A stretch of 64,000 bases of DNA from positions 1-64,000 of the IMG/VR virus record IMGVR_UViG_3300003177_000020; one strand, 5' to 3'. The number at the start of each line of letters is the position of its first letter. The first letter of the stretch is position 1. Source of the DNA: a virus. The notes beneath the pieces were generated by a model. It ran no database searches. It was not told where the DNA came from and worked only from the letters and a program-made list of their open reading frames with translations. Shown piece after piece: positions 1-11,965 of the stretch. Made by a program: the position numbers and the translations under genes.

Positions 1-10
1 TTCAGCACGC

Positions 11-1638
11 TTGGAAAAAAATGCTGATGGTGGTGTGAACTTAGAGCAAACAATGCTGAATGTTGTCACTGCGTTGAAAACGATCAAAGATCCTACCAAA
101 AGATTAAATGCGGGAATGAAGATTTTTGCTGTGCGTGGTGCTAAAGGTGCGCTTGCCTTTAATCGCTTGATGAAAGATGGCAAATTATTCACCAAGTTTT
201 ATGGGGATGGTACAGCAAAAGGCATGGCAAAAGTAAATGCTCAAATCAAGGGTACTGCTAAACGGATGGCAAAGATTCGGTTGGATTCCATTGCTGGCGA
301 CTTCACACTATTCAAGTCTGCGCTTGAGGGGGTATCTATTAATTTCTCAAAAGCTTTTGGTGGATCAATGCGTGGTGCTTTGCAGAAAGTTACAGCAGGG
401 TTATCGCAAGCATCGGCAGCGTTTCAATTTTTTGCTAAAAATCCTGAAGCTATCGGTAAGAAAGGAATCCCTGCGATCAAAGGTGTGAGCAAGGAAGCAG
501 CATCTTTTGTGAAGGGTGTGTTGCTTGGAATCGATGATTTGAAAAAAGGATTTACTAGCGTCAAAAATACGCTTGTGGGTGTGGCAAAAACATTTGGTTT
601 TTTCAGTGGCGACGGTACAGGCATGGCGAGGACAGCAACAAAGTTACAACCACTTTATTTGGCGGTATGGCGCGTGTGGGTCTCGGTGCTGCAAAAGGGC
701 TTATGGTTGCGTTTAAGCCTCTTGGATCTTTGTTTGTGAAGCTAGGTGGTGGGATTGCTAAGAAAATGCCGTTATTGGCAAAAGCTGGCGGTCGTGCGGG
801 TGGTTTTCTTGGTCGGATGTTCAAGGGATTAGGATCTCTGACGGCTCAACCTGTTACAGTTATGAACACGGCAGAGTTGGCACTTGCAACAAAAGCTTCA
901 AATCCCATTGGTGCAGGTGTTGGTGTTTTTGCTTCATTGCGATCTGGTTTAAATGCTGCTGCTTCGAAACTTCCTCTTTTTGGTACTGCGCTGGCAGGTT
1001 CAGTTGGAGGTCTTTTTTCACTGAAAGGAGGGCTTCTAAAAACTGCAGGGAAGCTAGGGCTTGCTGCTGCAGGGATTGCTGCTGTTGGTTTCGCGGGATA
1101 TAAAGCTGGACAATTTTTAGAGAAGAAATTTGGTGTTGGTTCGAAGCTTGGACTTGCTTTGAGTGGGTTTTTCAACCGCAGAAAAATAGCTGCTGGTGCT
1201 GCTGCTTCTAAAAAGAAATTTATTGGTGTTAGTGCTAAAGCAGAAGTCACGAATTTGTTATCTGTTTTGAAAGCTGGAAGAACAAAAAGTGTGCGGTTTT
1301 TAGGGGATAATCGTAGGCGTTTGATCACTCGTGAGTTGGCGAAAGAAAGAATCAGAAATAGGCTGGCAAAATCTGGTGTGACAGGGACGGCTGCAGATGC
1401 TCAGATAAAAGCTTTGAAACCATTACTGGATAAGCTTCCAACAAAGGATCAAGTTGTATTGTCCAAAAAAGAACTTGCTGATGAGATACGTCGCGGTTTG
1501 CAGGATAGTTTGAAAATCAATTTGCAGGTTGACGGGAAGGTTATCGCAACAACAGTGGGTGCGATCAAAAAAGAAAGTAAGGATCGTGGTATTGTGAACA
1601 ACAACAGACGTGCGATTGCTGCAGGTGCATCACAATAA
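11..1638 (+). CDS. Tail tape measure protein, C-terminal part (5' end outside window; split near 640 into ORFs 11..739 and 667..1638)
   Basis: AKRMAKIRLDSIAGDFTLFKSALEG matches the TP901-family TMP core; Ala/Gly-rich helical sequence; C-terminal LQVDGKVIA; lies directly upstream of the baseplate genes. Confidence 0.85.
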
Positions 1639-1650
1639 AGGGGAATCGGG

Positions 1651-2412
1651 ATGGCTTTAGGCGTCAAACAAGAAGTAAATTGGTTACTGCAGAGTGTGGA
1701 TACCAAAGAAATATTTAGACCTCAATTCCCTGTTGATGGTGATTTTCAAATCTCTACAGGAGCAGTTTTATCTGAGCAATCGCGTGTTGGGTTTCAGGAT
1801 TCGTTACTTGCATGGACAGCAGGTAGGGTCAAAACATTTACTTTTTCAATTCGTTTATTTTCCCGTTATATTGGGGAAGATATAAAATCACAAATAGAAC
1901 TTTTGCAGAAATTTGCAGATAAAGATGCTGGCTTTGGCAGACCTCACATTTTGGCTTTGAAATACGGGACATTAGTTTCTGTCCTTGTGATGATCGATTC
2001 TCTTGATCATGCCATACGTGATACGCACCGCAACGGTGATCCAAAAGATGTGCGCACGAATATTGTGTTGAAAAAGTATGTTCCGTTTTCCAAGCGCACA
2101 ATCAGTCCTACAAAAACAAAAAAAGAATCATTTTACTTTGTGGCAACGGAAGCTTTGAACTCTTATGAAGCAATTGCAAAGCGGTTTTATGGTGATGCTC
2201 TTGCAGGTGATCGGTTACGAAAACGCCACCCTGAAAAACCGATGAATCCCGATGTTGGGGATATTGTGCGAGTACCATCACGCGACTTGATCTTATCCGA
2301 AGTGGTACAGCCTGAATCTTTTATTTTGGATCGTGACGACATCGATGCTGTTGAAAATCAAGAGAAAATACAGGCTGCAAGAAATAAACGTAAATTGGTG
2401 GTTGTGCGATGA
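1651..2412 (+). CDS. Tail tube initiator (GpU/CIS-tube-like) with LysM-like domain
   Basis: Position after TMP; YEAIAKRFYGD...VGDIVRVP is LysM-like. Confidence 0.7.
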   Translation: MALGVKQEVNWLLQSVDTKEIFRPQFPVDGDFQISTGAVLSEQSRVGFQDSLLAWTAGRVKTFTFSIRLFSRYIGEDIKSQIELLQKFADKDAGFGRPHILALKYGTLVSVLVMIDSLDHAIRDTHRNGDPKDVRTNIVLKKYVPFSKRTISPTKTKKESFYFVATEALNSYEAIAKRFYGDALAGDRLRKRHPEKPMNPDVGDIVRVPSRDLILSEVVQPESFILDRDDIDAVENQEKIQAARNKRKLVVVR

Positions 2413-3761
2413 GTAAATTACCGTCACAGCAAACTGCACAAGTTTTTGGATCGGATGTCGCTCCGAACTTTTCATTGCGTATTACTGGGAAGGATGACGG
2501 TGTTTTTGATTACGTGAAGCCTCTTGTTTCGAGTGTGACGTTTGAAGAAGACGAGGAGATGAGTTCGAAGTTTGAATTGTTGGTTGTGAATCATCCACAT
2601 GATACGGCTGGATCGCCTATAGACTGGCGTGCGGTTATCGATGCAAAGCCATTTCAAGAAGGAAACTTTATTGATTTATGGGCTGGGTATGGGAACAGCA
2701 GAACATTTATTGATCGTGTTGAAATTGTAAAATGGCTCCCTGATTTTCCTAATGGTGGGGTGTCTACTTTCAAGATCACAGGGTATGATGGTCGGCATAA
2801 GATGCAGCATGAAAATAAACGTCGTGCAGGTAAAAAACAAAAGCATTTTTATCGTAATTTGCCTGATGAACAAATTGTAAAAGAGATTGCTAAAAAGTAT
2901 GGCTTTGATGCTGATGTAGATCCCACCGTGGTGTCTTCTAAAGAAACAGTGACTTTTTCTAAAGGGAAGACGATCAAGAAGCATGTAATCCCGACTCGAA
3001 TACAGACTGCTGATACCGATGATTGGACTTTTTTGCAGAAATTAGCACAGATAAATAGATTCGATTTGTGGGTTGATTTTGACCGCAGGAAGGATCGTTA
3101 TGTTGTCCATTTCAAACGTCGTCCAGATACTGCGCAGCCTATTTATACTTTTGGTTACAATCGCGGTGATGGTTCATTGCTGTCGGCAACACCAGATTTT
3201 AGCGTAAAAGATCAATCCACAGATGTTGAAGTTCTTTATTTTGATCGGCATACGCGATCCGTACAACTCACGGTTATTTCGGATAACAATAAATCCGAGG
3301 ATGTGAAGCTAGGTTCAAGTCGTTATGTTGGACAATTACAAGCACGACAGAAATTGGCAAAAGGTGCGCGGGTGCGATTCACAGCATTTGGGCAGACTAT
3401 CGATGCTTTTTCATCTAAGCCGTTTCGATCAAAAAAAGAAGCACAAAATTTTGTGCAAGTGTGGCTTGCGGAGCGTGAGCGTGATCTTGTTATTTTATCT
3501 GGGCAGGTGATAGGGTTACCTGATGTTCGTGTGCGACAAGTGCATGAGTTTGTAGGTATGAGTCGTCGCTTAGATGGTTTTTATCGGTTGACAAATGTCA
3601 AACATAAAGAAGTTGTGGGTTCGAGTTACATTTGTGAATTTACAGCACACAAAATTTTAAGTGATACGATTACGAAACTCCCTTCAACTCGATCAAAAGC
3701 AACAACAGGACAAGTCGTTACAAAGAATAATCGACGCAGCAAATTTGGGGCAGCCAGATGA
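2409..3761 (+). CDS. Baseplate hub (GpD / late control D-like)
   Basis: IAKKYG, QTADTDDWTFLQKLA and GFYRLTNVKH motifs; synteny. Confidence 0.8.
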   Translation: MSKLPSQQTAQVFGSDVAPNFSLRITGKDDGVFDYVKPLVSSVTFEEDEEMSSKFELLVVNHPHDTAGSPIDWRAVIDAKPFQEGNFIDLWAGYGNSRTFIDRVEIVKWLPDFPNGGVSTFKITGYDGRHKMQHENKRRAGKKQKHFYRNLPDEQIVKEIAKKYGFDADVDPTVVSSKETVTFSKGKTIKKHVIPTRIQTADTDDWTFLQKLAQINRFDLWVDFDRRKDRYVVHFKRRPDTAQPIYTFGYNRGDGSLLSATPDFSVKDQSTDVEVLYFDRHTRSVQLTVISDNNKSEDVKLGSSRYVGQLQARQKLAKGARVRFTAFGQTIDAFSSKPFRSKKEAQNFVQVWLAERERDLVILSGQVIGLPDVRVRQVHEFVGMSRRLDGFYRLTNVKHKEVVGSSYICEFTAHKILSDTITKLPSTRSKATTGQVVTKNNRRSKFGAAR

Positions 3762-4435
3762 ATTTTACTCGTGTATCAGGTCTTGTTTCAAATAATAATG
3801 ATCCCGCGAAAGCAGGACGGATCAAATGCACATTGCCTATTCTTGGTGGTTCCGAAGTGCCAGATTGGATTGCTCCCATTGCTGTGCCTAGTCTTTTTAT
3901 GATCCCACAGGTGGGAGATGAAGTTTTTTTGCTTATACCAGATGGTTTGAGTTTGGTGGAGTTTCCAGAAGAAATGCGGTGGATCGGTATTGGTTACGAT
4001 GCAGCACATGCTTTTCCATCAGCATTTACATCCGCATACGGCAAACAATATGGCATTCAAACACCAGCAGGTCATTTGTTACTTTTTGATGATAATTCAA
4101 AAGAAATTCATATTCGACATGCTGATGCCAAGGTGGATATCGCGGTTTTTGCGAATGGTAAGTTCAAGGTGAATGCTTCTAGTAGTGTTGTGCTTTCTAC
4201 TCCTCAGACGGAATTATCGGAACTTGCAACGGAACCGATCATCAAAGGCACTACGCAGTCGCAAGCATTCACGGCATATACGGCTGCTATTTCTGCTGCA
4301 GCAGCGACGTGGACATCCGCAGGTGCGCCAACACCCGCATCCAATGGTGCGTTCATAGCTTCGCTTATAGCTGCGACTTCTACGCTTGCTTCCACAATTG
4401 GTACGTGGACTAGCACAAAGGTCAAAACAGGCTAA
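3758..4435 (+). CDS. Baseplate spike (GpV / gp5 OB-fold)
   Basis: NNDPAKAGRIKC..P, IPQVGDEV and TPAGHLLLFDD motifs. Confidence 0.85.
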   Translation: MNFTRVSGLVSNNNDPAKAGRIKCTLPILGGSEVPDWIAPIAVPSLFMIPQVGDEVFLLIPDGLSLVEFPEEMRWIGIGYDAAHAFPSAFTSAYGKQYGIQTPAGHLLLFDDNSKEIHIRHADAKVDIAVFANGKFKVNASSSVVLSTPQTELSELATEPIIKGTTQSQAFTAYTAAISAAAATWTSAGAPTPASNGAFIASLIAATSTLASTIGTWTSTKVKTG

Positions 4436-4448
4436 AAAGGAGGCTACT

Positions 4449-4811
4449 GTGGCTCGTGGAGTACAATTACCAACTCAAGCAGTAAATGGACGCTGGAAGA
4501 TGCTTTCTGGTGACGCATACATTGAGCAGTTGGTGCGTGTGGCTTTGTTGGGATCTGAATCTGCAAATCCATTTCAGGATATTGGTCTAGATGCGGATGT
4601 TATTTTTGATATCAATGACGGCTTACTTGAAGGGCAGATTAGCACCAAATTAGAACGTGTGTTTTCAATTTTTGAACGAGATCAACTTGCACGTTTGGAT
4701 TCATATTCCTTGGATCATATTGATGGTGATGTTGTTTTGAACTTATCTTATATAAATCTGGAAACTGGCGCACGGGTCGAAGATGTGCAAATTCCAATAG
4801 GCAGAAATTGA
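4449..4811 (+). CDS. Baseplate wedge GpW/gp25-like
   Basis: GGAGG RBS then GTG at 4449; size, position and LNLSYINLETG C-terminus. Confidence 0.7.
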   Translation: MARGVQLPTQAVNGRWKMLSGDAYIEQLVRVALLGSESANPFQDIGLDADVIFDINDGLLEGQISTKLERVFSIFERDQLARLDSYSLDHIDGDVVLNLSYINLETGARVEDVQIPIGRN

Positions 4812-4812
4812 T

Positions 4813-7296
4813 ATGGCTACAAAAATAATTGAGCTTACAGAGGGTATTGAGTTTGCATCGTTTTATTATCCTGAATTGCTTGAAACGCTGCTTTCTTTTT
4901 TGCGTAACAACAGAGATCGTTTAGGTCTTACGGATGAGAATGATTTTGAGGTGCATGTCCAATTGTTGCGTGCCTTTGCGTTGATTGGTCATTTGAATAA
5001 CACGAAATTGGATACTGTTGCGACTGAACTATTTCCAGATTCCGCAAGGTTGCTTGAAAGTTTGAAGCAGTTATTTCGGTTGATGGGTGTTGAATTATCT
5101 TCTGCCTCTCCTGCAACAGCGACTCTTGTGGCAAGGCTTACGGAAAGCACATCTATTGATACTGTGGCGTTTATCCCAGCACTTGCGGAGTTTACAACGG
5201 AATCCATACCACCGTTAGTTTTTGAGGCATCGGATCAAGGTGAAGATTTGGATGCCACGATTAATTGGAAGCATGTTTTTGCTTTAGAAAATCAAGGCAC
5301 GAGTAACGCGGGATCTGTAGATTTCAATGCAAATGATATTTTTACAGATCTCACAGTGGTTTTTCCTGCGGATGTTGTGGGAGATTTAATATATATTCCC
5401 GCGACAGATACAAGCTTGAATGAGGGGCTGTTTCGTGTTGTTGAAAGGCTCACAGACACATCAGTGCGCGTGGTATTGGAACCTGATGGTGCTGGCGCAA
5501 ATTTCAGCACTGAAACAGGGATCACATGGTATCGTTTGCGCTATTCTTCTGATTTTGCAACGGTGGCTGTAAGCTCAAATCCTGCTGATAATTTCTCACC
5601 ATTTGCATCCGCACCCTATATTTACGATGCGTTGTATTTGTGCCATAGACATATCATGCCGACTGAGATTGATATGACATTTGCTACAAATGGAGATTCT
5701 TTTACGGGTGTGTGGGAGTACTATGATAATGAGAGGTCAGAGTTTACACCGATCACAGTTTCGTTTTCGAGTCCTGATTTGACCTTTGATTTGCAGTCCT
5801 TGTTGGGTTCAGATGATCGTTCTGGCGCACAAGTTACAATCAAGTATCTGAAAACAGGAAAAACACACACGGTAACAAGCACCTATTCTGGCGGTAAAAA
5901 TATCGCAAAAACAACGTCATTGTTTGGGCAGACAAATCCAAGCGTTGATCCAGAAGATTATTCAATTACAAGTTTGTGGGTGCCATTCGATAATTTGAAA
6001 GATAACACGGTTGCTGCGAATAATTCTTGGGGTCAAAATGGCACAGTGTCTTGGGATTTACCACAAACATTTGATCGCTCGTGGATCAAGTCAAAACTCA
6101 ATAATGCTTCTTTGGGATACTGGTTCAGGTTTAGGGTTGTCACTGCAAATTTGGTAGGCACAAATCCTGTGGTTGATACCATTCTTAATACAGGAGATTC
6201 CTATGTTGCATTTGATGTGTTGCAAGGTGAAACTGCAGGCGATTTGGTTTTCGGTTCTTCGAGTGGGCAGCCAAATCAGAAATTCAAACTGCCAGATACA
6301 CCGTTTATTGATAACAGTGAAACGATAAGTGTTGATGAAGGTGGTGTCGGTGGCTTTGTAGAATACACCCGTGTTTCTAGCTTTTTGGAGTCAAATGCAA
6401 CTTCCAAACATTATATTGTACGCACAACTGCTAAAGGGGAAGCTGAGATCATTTTTGGTGATGGGCAGCGTGGTAAAATCCCTCCCATTGGAGTATCAAA
6501 TCTGAAGGCAAAATATCGCATCGGTGGCGGTGAAAATGGCAATGTTGGAGTGGATCAAATTGTTGTGAATGCCGATGGTGTCGGTGGATTAGCAGATATT
6601 CACAACCCCAGAAGTGCAACAGGGTGGCGTATCAAGGAGGGTGGTGATGATCTTGACTTCAAACGGATCAAAATCGACAAACCTTTGGAGATCGCTATTC
6701 GTGGTGTTGTTGTTCGTCCTGCCGATGCTGAGTATTTGGCGGTGCATAAATTTGTGGACTCCAAAGGCATCAAACCTGTGTCGCGTGCGTTTGCTATTGA
6801 AGAAGGATTTGGAATCAAAACAATCAAGTTGCTGGTGGTTGGTGTTGGCGGATCATCTCTTACAGTCACACAATTGCAAGACTTGAATCTTTATTTGAAT
6901 GGGGATCGGAATGCTGTGCCTCCTGTTGTTGGGGTTGCTCCTGCGAATACAAAAATAATTCCTGTGAATTTTGAACCCACACCGATTTCAATTGAGACAA
7001 CTGTTGTGTGGCATAATGGAAGTGCTGATGCCATCCGAAATAAATTGATCGCGTTTTTGACTCCTGATGCGGTGTTATCGGATGGCAGTACGTTTGCGTG
7101 GAATTTTGGTGGGCAGATTAGTTATTCGCGCGTGCATTCATTGATCCATAATGTGTCACCGAATATCCGCGATGTTCAAATTTTGAAACTGGCAAAGGGA
7201 TCAAATACATTAGCAGCTGCAAGTGTAAGTTTGGGGCAGAATGAATTGCCGATTACAAACAGCACATTAATCACTGTTACAATTTTGGAGCCGTAA
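4813..7296 (+). CDS. Baseplate J-like wedge protein
   Basis: GSSSGQPNQKFKL, IIFGDGQRGKIPP and YRIGGGENGNVG motifs. Confidence 0.85.
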   Translation: MATKIIELTEGIEFASFYYPELLETLLSFLRNNRDRLGLTDENDFEVHVQLLRAFALIGHLNNTKLDTVATELFPDSARLLESLKQLFRLMGVELSSASPATATLVARLTESTSIDTVAFIPALAEFTTESIPPLVFEASDQGEDLDATINWKHVFALENQGTSNAGSVDFNANDIFTDLTVVFPADVVGDLIYIPATDTSLNEGLFRVVERLTDTSVRVVLEPDGAGANFSTETGITWYRLRYSSDFATVAVSSNPADNFSPFASAPYIYDALYLCHRHIMPTEIDMTFATNGDSFTGVWEYYDNERSEFTPITVSFSSPDLTFDLQSLLGSDDRSGAQVTIKYLKTGKTHTVTSTYSGGKNIAKTTSLFGQTNPSVDPEDYSITSLWVPFDNLKDNTVAANNSWGQNGTVSWDLPQTFDRSWIKSKLNNASLGYWFRFRVVTANLVGTNPVVDTILNTGDSYVAFDVLQGETAGDLVFGSSSGQPNQKFKLPDTPFIDNSETISVDEGGVGGFVEYTRVSSFLESNATSKHYIVRTTAKGEAEIIFGDGQRGKIPPIGVSNLKAKYRIGGGENGNVGVDQIVVNADGVGGLADIHNPRSATGWRIKEGGDDLDFKRIKIDKPLEIAIRGVVVRPADAEYLAVHKFVDSKGIKPVSRAFAIEEGFGIKTIKLLVVGVGGSSLTVTQLQDLNLYLNGDRNAVPPVVGVAPANTKIIPVNFEPTPISIETTVVWHNGSADAIRNKLIAFLTPDAVLSDGSTFAWNFGGQISYSRVHSLIHNVSPNIRDVQILKLAKGSNTLAAASVSLGQNELPITNSTLITVTILEP

Positions 7297-7297
7297 A

Positions 7298-9383
7298 ATG
7301 GGTGTTCCAGTTCTTACTCCGATCTCACCGTTGGATAATGCTACAAATGTCGATCCGAACACGAATATTATTCTGGAGATAACAGACGCAGAATTTGGGA
7401 TCGATGAGTTTTCTGTTGTGATTATTTTGTATTCTCCACCTAACGATCAAATTGTGTGGGAGTTGAATGCTGCCGTTCCACCTTTTGTAGTTGCAAAAAC
7501 AGCAATTCCTAATGGTTTCCGTTATGAGATTACTCCACCAATACCCTTGTCTATTTCTCCTGTTGAGGTTTTTGTTTCAGCTTCCGATGCTACAGATCCT
7601 CCTAATTTTTTGAATCAATCTTATTTTTTCCAACTTTCTGCAGGTGGAGGTACTGAAGATTTATCAATTACACCCATTTCACCTGTGGCTGGTGCTTTGG
7701 ATGTGGAACAAGATGCTCCCGTTATTTTCAAGCTCTTTAGCACGAATCAAGTGTTGTTGAACTCTACGGTAGTGAAAGTTCGTGATTTGGTGGTATATGC
7801 GGGATCTGCGATAGGATTTTCTTCAGGATGGCAGCAATCCAAAATTGAAACACCTGACAGCGACAGTTACGTTTTTTATTTGATCCCAGATTTAGCGTAT
7901 CAGTGGCAGCGCGGAGAGAATGTCAAAGTTCTAGTTTCGACTGCTGATAATTTTCCGTCGAATAAAAGTTTGGAGTGGTTTTTTGTTGCGGTGGGATCAC
8001 CGTTTCCGTTTCAAGTACATAAGTTCATTTTGGATTCTATGATTCAGATGGATAAAAGATCACCTAGCACATTGTCTTTGATTTCTTCGTTGCAAGGTGG
8101 TCTTACTGATACGTGGCGCGAAAAGATATCGGAGCGCATAGATGCCTTGCGTACATTGCGTGATCCAGCAGAAATACCAGATGCGTTGTTGCCGTATCTT
8201 GGCGGGTTGCTTGGTTTTCCTGCTACTGTGGATTTGCCTGTTACCGAACAAGAATTGCGTGTGGTATACACGAATGCCATCCGTTATTGGAATGCAAAAA
8301 ACTCGGAGCTTGGTTTGAGTTATGCCGTGCGTATGGCGACAGGTAATCGCTTTGTGATTCGTGATTTTTTTGATTTGCGTATGCTGGCGATTGATCCCGT
8401 TGAAACTCCTGATTTATATGAATCGACTTTTTTGTTTGAGTTGCGAGAGGATCAAGATCCTAATTTGTTGGATTTTCCTAGTGTAACACCTTCAGGTTCA
8501 AATTTTAGGTGGTTCCCTTTTGGTGGTAATTTTCCTGAAAGTCACACCTTTATTATTGGCGATCTGCCAGCAGAATATGTGGGAATACTTGCAGGTTGTA
8601 GATTTTCCTGATGACCATAGTTTTGAAGGTTTTTACAAAATTTATTCATTGAACGTAAATGGATCTCTTGGTGTTGTAGATCCTAACGGCATCGGTGGGA
8701 ATGGTGCGACTGGTACAGGAACGTGGAGATTGTGGCGTCGCAATAGCGAATACATCACAGAAATTCGTATTGCTGTGGATGCCAACATTCCTCTTAATAA
8801 ACCGTTGTTGCGTGCTTTGTTGGATATGGTTCGTCGTTCAGGTGAGCGGATTGATATTTATTACGTGGCGTTTATAGATCAATTTTTAGAGCCACGCGAT
8901 ACCGCACAGTGGGATGTTTTTGGTGACATGCTTGTTGCAGGAAACTTTGCCACATTGGTTGCAGGTACAATTGCAATACCGAGCGCGAGTTATACTTTTT
9001 CGTGGGGCAGTCGCACGGTTTATTCGCATGTGGTGTATTTGGATGGCGCAAATTCTTATTTTGTGGAAATTGATCCTGTTTCAAAAATTATTCGTGTGGT
9101 AAAACGTGCTGGTGGTGTGGACAATATTCTACTTTCTACTATTTCAGATTTTATTTATCCTGCGAAAAAAGATTCTTTTCGAGTGGATGTGTTATTTGTT
9201 GCAGGGAAGGCATACATTCAGTTGTATTTTGATGGTGATTCGGTTGCTGTTATTGAAGATGCAACACCACATATCACCCAAGGATCGATTGCGTGTGAAT
9301 CTGTAAATGCAGATGTCGAATTGTATTACATTGAAGTGTCTGAACCAGAAATAGAAAAAGATCGCGTTGGTGCGGTGGTTTAA
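7298..9383 (+). CDS. Tail protein I-like / baseplate protein with Ig-like repeats (split near 8580 into 7298..8611 and 8520..9383)
   Basis: Two PISP..A..V....I.F Ig-like starts; DPAEIPDALLPYLGGLLGF is P2 gpI-like; protein-like sequence continues in a second frame. Confidence 0.7.
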
Positions 9384-9398
9384 CCAGAGGTAAGCGAA

Positions 9399-11106
9399 AT
9401 GCCAACAGGAAAAAAGAAAGTCAATTTGTTCATAAATCGTTTGTTGTCTGCTACCGCAATGAAGCAGCACTTTCTGGATTACCTTGTCAGCTTGAATGAT
9501 GATGTGTTTGCATCTTTGATGCAGGGTAGTTCAGGCACATTAGATTCCGACAAAATTGGTCTTGGTAGCGGTGTAAACAACACCATCGGTTTGGATACTA
9601 CACTGGCAAATAAGGTGGTTGTGGCAGGTTGAAACAGCGGATGTGTCATTTGAAAATGCAAATGGGATCACGTATTACGTGGGTGTTCGATATGCCTCCG
9701 TTCCAGCAGATACGGCTTTGAACGCTAAAAGAGGCACGCCAGAGTACACCACGTTATTGGATACATTTGGGGATAAAGGAAATCCAGATTCCGTGACTGT
9801 ATCTGGTGCTGGTACAGGATCAAATTTACGTTTGGTGTTGGATTCATTACTCGAAAATGGTGTGAATCATTCGGGACGTATTATTCGCGTGTGGATGCGA
9901 GTTCCCGTCGTAGGTGTGGATGCCGTTGCAATAAAAGAATATACGTCGCAATATGACAGCGGTACAGGGAACAATTTTATTGATATCCCATACAGTGTGG
10001 CTGCTCCCCCATTAGGACAAGATGTTTCTTCGAATCCACCAAGTTCAATTGTTACGGATTATGAGTGCTTGGTGAAGGGCATATCGATTCGTAAGAATAC
10101 AGATCTGCGGTTGGATTCAAATTATGCATTTATTGGTACAGTCCAAGGCAATGACGCTGGTGGCGGTGCGATTCCTGTTACGTTTTCACTTACAGATCAA
10201 AAAGCAGTGTTTCTCATTACTTTGGATAAAGCGTATGACGGCATCGGGTCGGGAGCAGGAAATACAATTGATGTCGATGTGATCAATAAGCCTGTGACAC
10301 TGCGATCTTTTCCTGCTGATACAGTGTTGCGTCCAGATCAAAAGCACATTGAATCTTTTGTTGATCCTAGTGGTGTGGAGATCTTTCGCACAGAACAGTT
10401 CGGGCGTAAAGCATCTGTTCCGAGATTTGCTGATGATTTTATGTATTCGGATAACTGGGCTGGTGCTGCGACTGCTCCTGCGCGTTATTTTGCCTCGGAG
10501 ATTGGTGTGGGTAGTTTGGCGCGGATACATCCTCGTGCGGGGCACCCTGTTGGTGGTCATGGTGTTTTGGATCTCACTTGCGATGCTGCAAATGGGGATC
10601 AAGCTTCTATTGGATCTGCGATTTTTACAGTACATCAAAGATTGCCACGAATATATGCGCGTCTTGCAATTCGAACACCACATGCTAACTGGCGCGGAAA
10701 AGTTGCACTTGGAACCTCTCTTGCTGCTGGAATTGGAAAATCTATCGGATTTGAAGTGCGAAACAACAATCTTGTGGGTGTGATCAAAGATGGCGGTACG
10801 GAGGTGGTTTCTGCAACATTGAGGGCGTTTTCTTCCCCTGATATTTGGTACGATTGTTATATGGTTGTATTATCAAACACGACGGTTGCTTTTTGGGCTG
10901 GTAGGTCTGGGGATGCTATGACCACTCCTATAGTCGTGGATTTTTCTGCGTTATCTTGGGATTTTGGTTCGTTGACACTGGATGATCGATTTTTTGCCTT
11001 GGCAGCCCAAAGTATAAATGAACTTGGTGCTGGTGTGGGGAGTACATTACTTATTGATTTCTGGGAAACTTGGATCGGAACTGAGATTCGATCTTTCAAA
11101 CCATAG
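9399..11106 (+). CDS. Tail fibre / receptor-binding-type protein (split near 9630 into 9399..9632 and 9619..11106)
   Basis: Last gene of tail module; beta-rich Gly/Ser/Thr/Asp composition; RBS only before 9399. Confidence 0.55.
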
Positions 11107-11117
11107 AGGAGATTGCG

Positions 11118-11591
11118 ATGCGTAAATTCGTGTTATTGATGGTTCTTATGATCACGCTTTTGGTTTCATTGGTTGCGCAAGCTGCCGATCCTGCACAGGC
11201 AGCCCACCAACAAACATGGTGGCAAAGTTTTTTATCTACGTTGCTGGATTCTTTTTTGGTGATTGCAGTTCCTGTGATCGCAGCGTTTGTGACAGCGTTA
11301 TTGCGTAGGTGGGGAATTAAAGTGCAACAAGAACAAGTTGAAAAGTTGGCAGAGCAAGCAGCATCGTTTGCGGAACAAAAAGCTCGCGTAGCCTTGCGTG
11401 AAGGGAAGCCAAAAACATCTGGTGCTGAAAAGATGAGTATGGCTCTTGATGTTGGGAAGAAGCTGGCAAAACAATACAAGTTGTCTGATAAAGCCATTGA
11501 GGGGCTTGAGGCTTTGATTGAGGCAAAAATCGCACCTACACCTACAAGTGGTGCAAAGAGCGCAGAAAAAGGCGCAGAAGAGGCTAGTTAA
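11118..11591 (+). CDS. Holin-like membrane protein (LL-H-like)
   Basis: Two hydrophobic segments; AASFAEQ..SGAEKM..A and IEAKI pattern. Confidence 0.6.
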   Translation: MRKFVLLMVLMITLLVSLVAQAADPAQAAHQQTWWQSFLSTLLDSFLVIAVPVIAAFVTALLRRWGIKVQQEQVEKLAEQAASFAEQKARVALREGKPKTSGAEKMSMALDVGKKLAKQYKLSDKAIEGLEALIEAKIAPTPTSGAKSAEKGAEEAS

Positions 11592-11593
11592 TT

Positions 11594-11965
11594 ATGGTTT
11601 GGTGGGGATGGCTTTTGCTCGGCTTGGGTCTTGGGTTGGTGGTAGCCATAACGGTGTATCTGTGGTGGTCTCGTAAATACAACTCAAATTATTACGAGGA
11701 CATGTATCAGTCTCGGATGCGTGGGCTTTTGAAGCAGATTGATTTGGAACGTGCGTTGTACAAACAACTGGAAACGCAAAAGAAGAATCTTTCTGATAAA
11801 TTGGAAACACTAGAACAACGAATACAGGATCAAAAAAATGCGAAGTTGGCGGAAGTTGCTGAACAGGAGCGTGATCTTTTGTCTGATGATTCTTTGCTTG
11901 ATTCCAAGTTGGAGAGTCTACTCATCCCAGAGCCAGATGAAAAAGGCATTTCTAAAAAAGAATGA
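11594..11965 (+). CDS. i-spanin-like protein (N-terminal TM plus coiled coil)
   Basis: Single N-terminal TM helix, coiled coil, follows the holin-like gene. Confidence 0.45.
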   Translation: MVWWGWLLLGLGLGLVVAITVYLWWSRKYNSNYYEDMYQSRMRGLLKQIDLERALYKQLETQKKNLSDKLETLEQRIQDQKNAKLAEVAEQERDLLSDDSLLDSKLESLLIPEPDEKGISKKE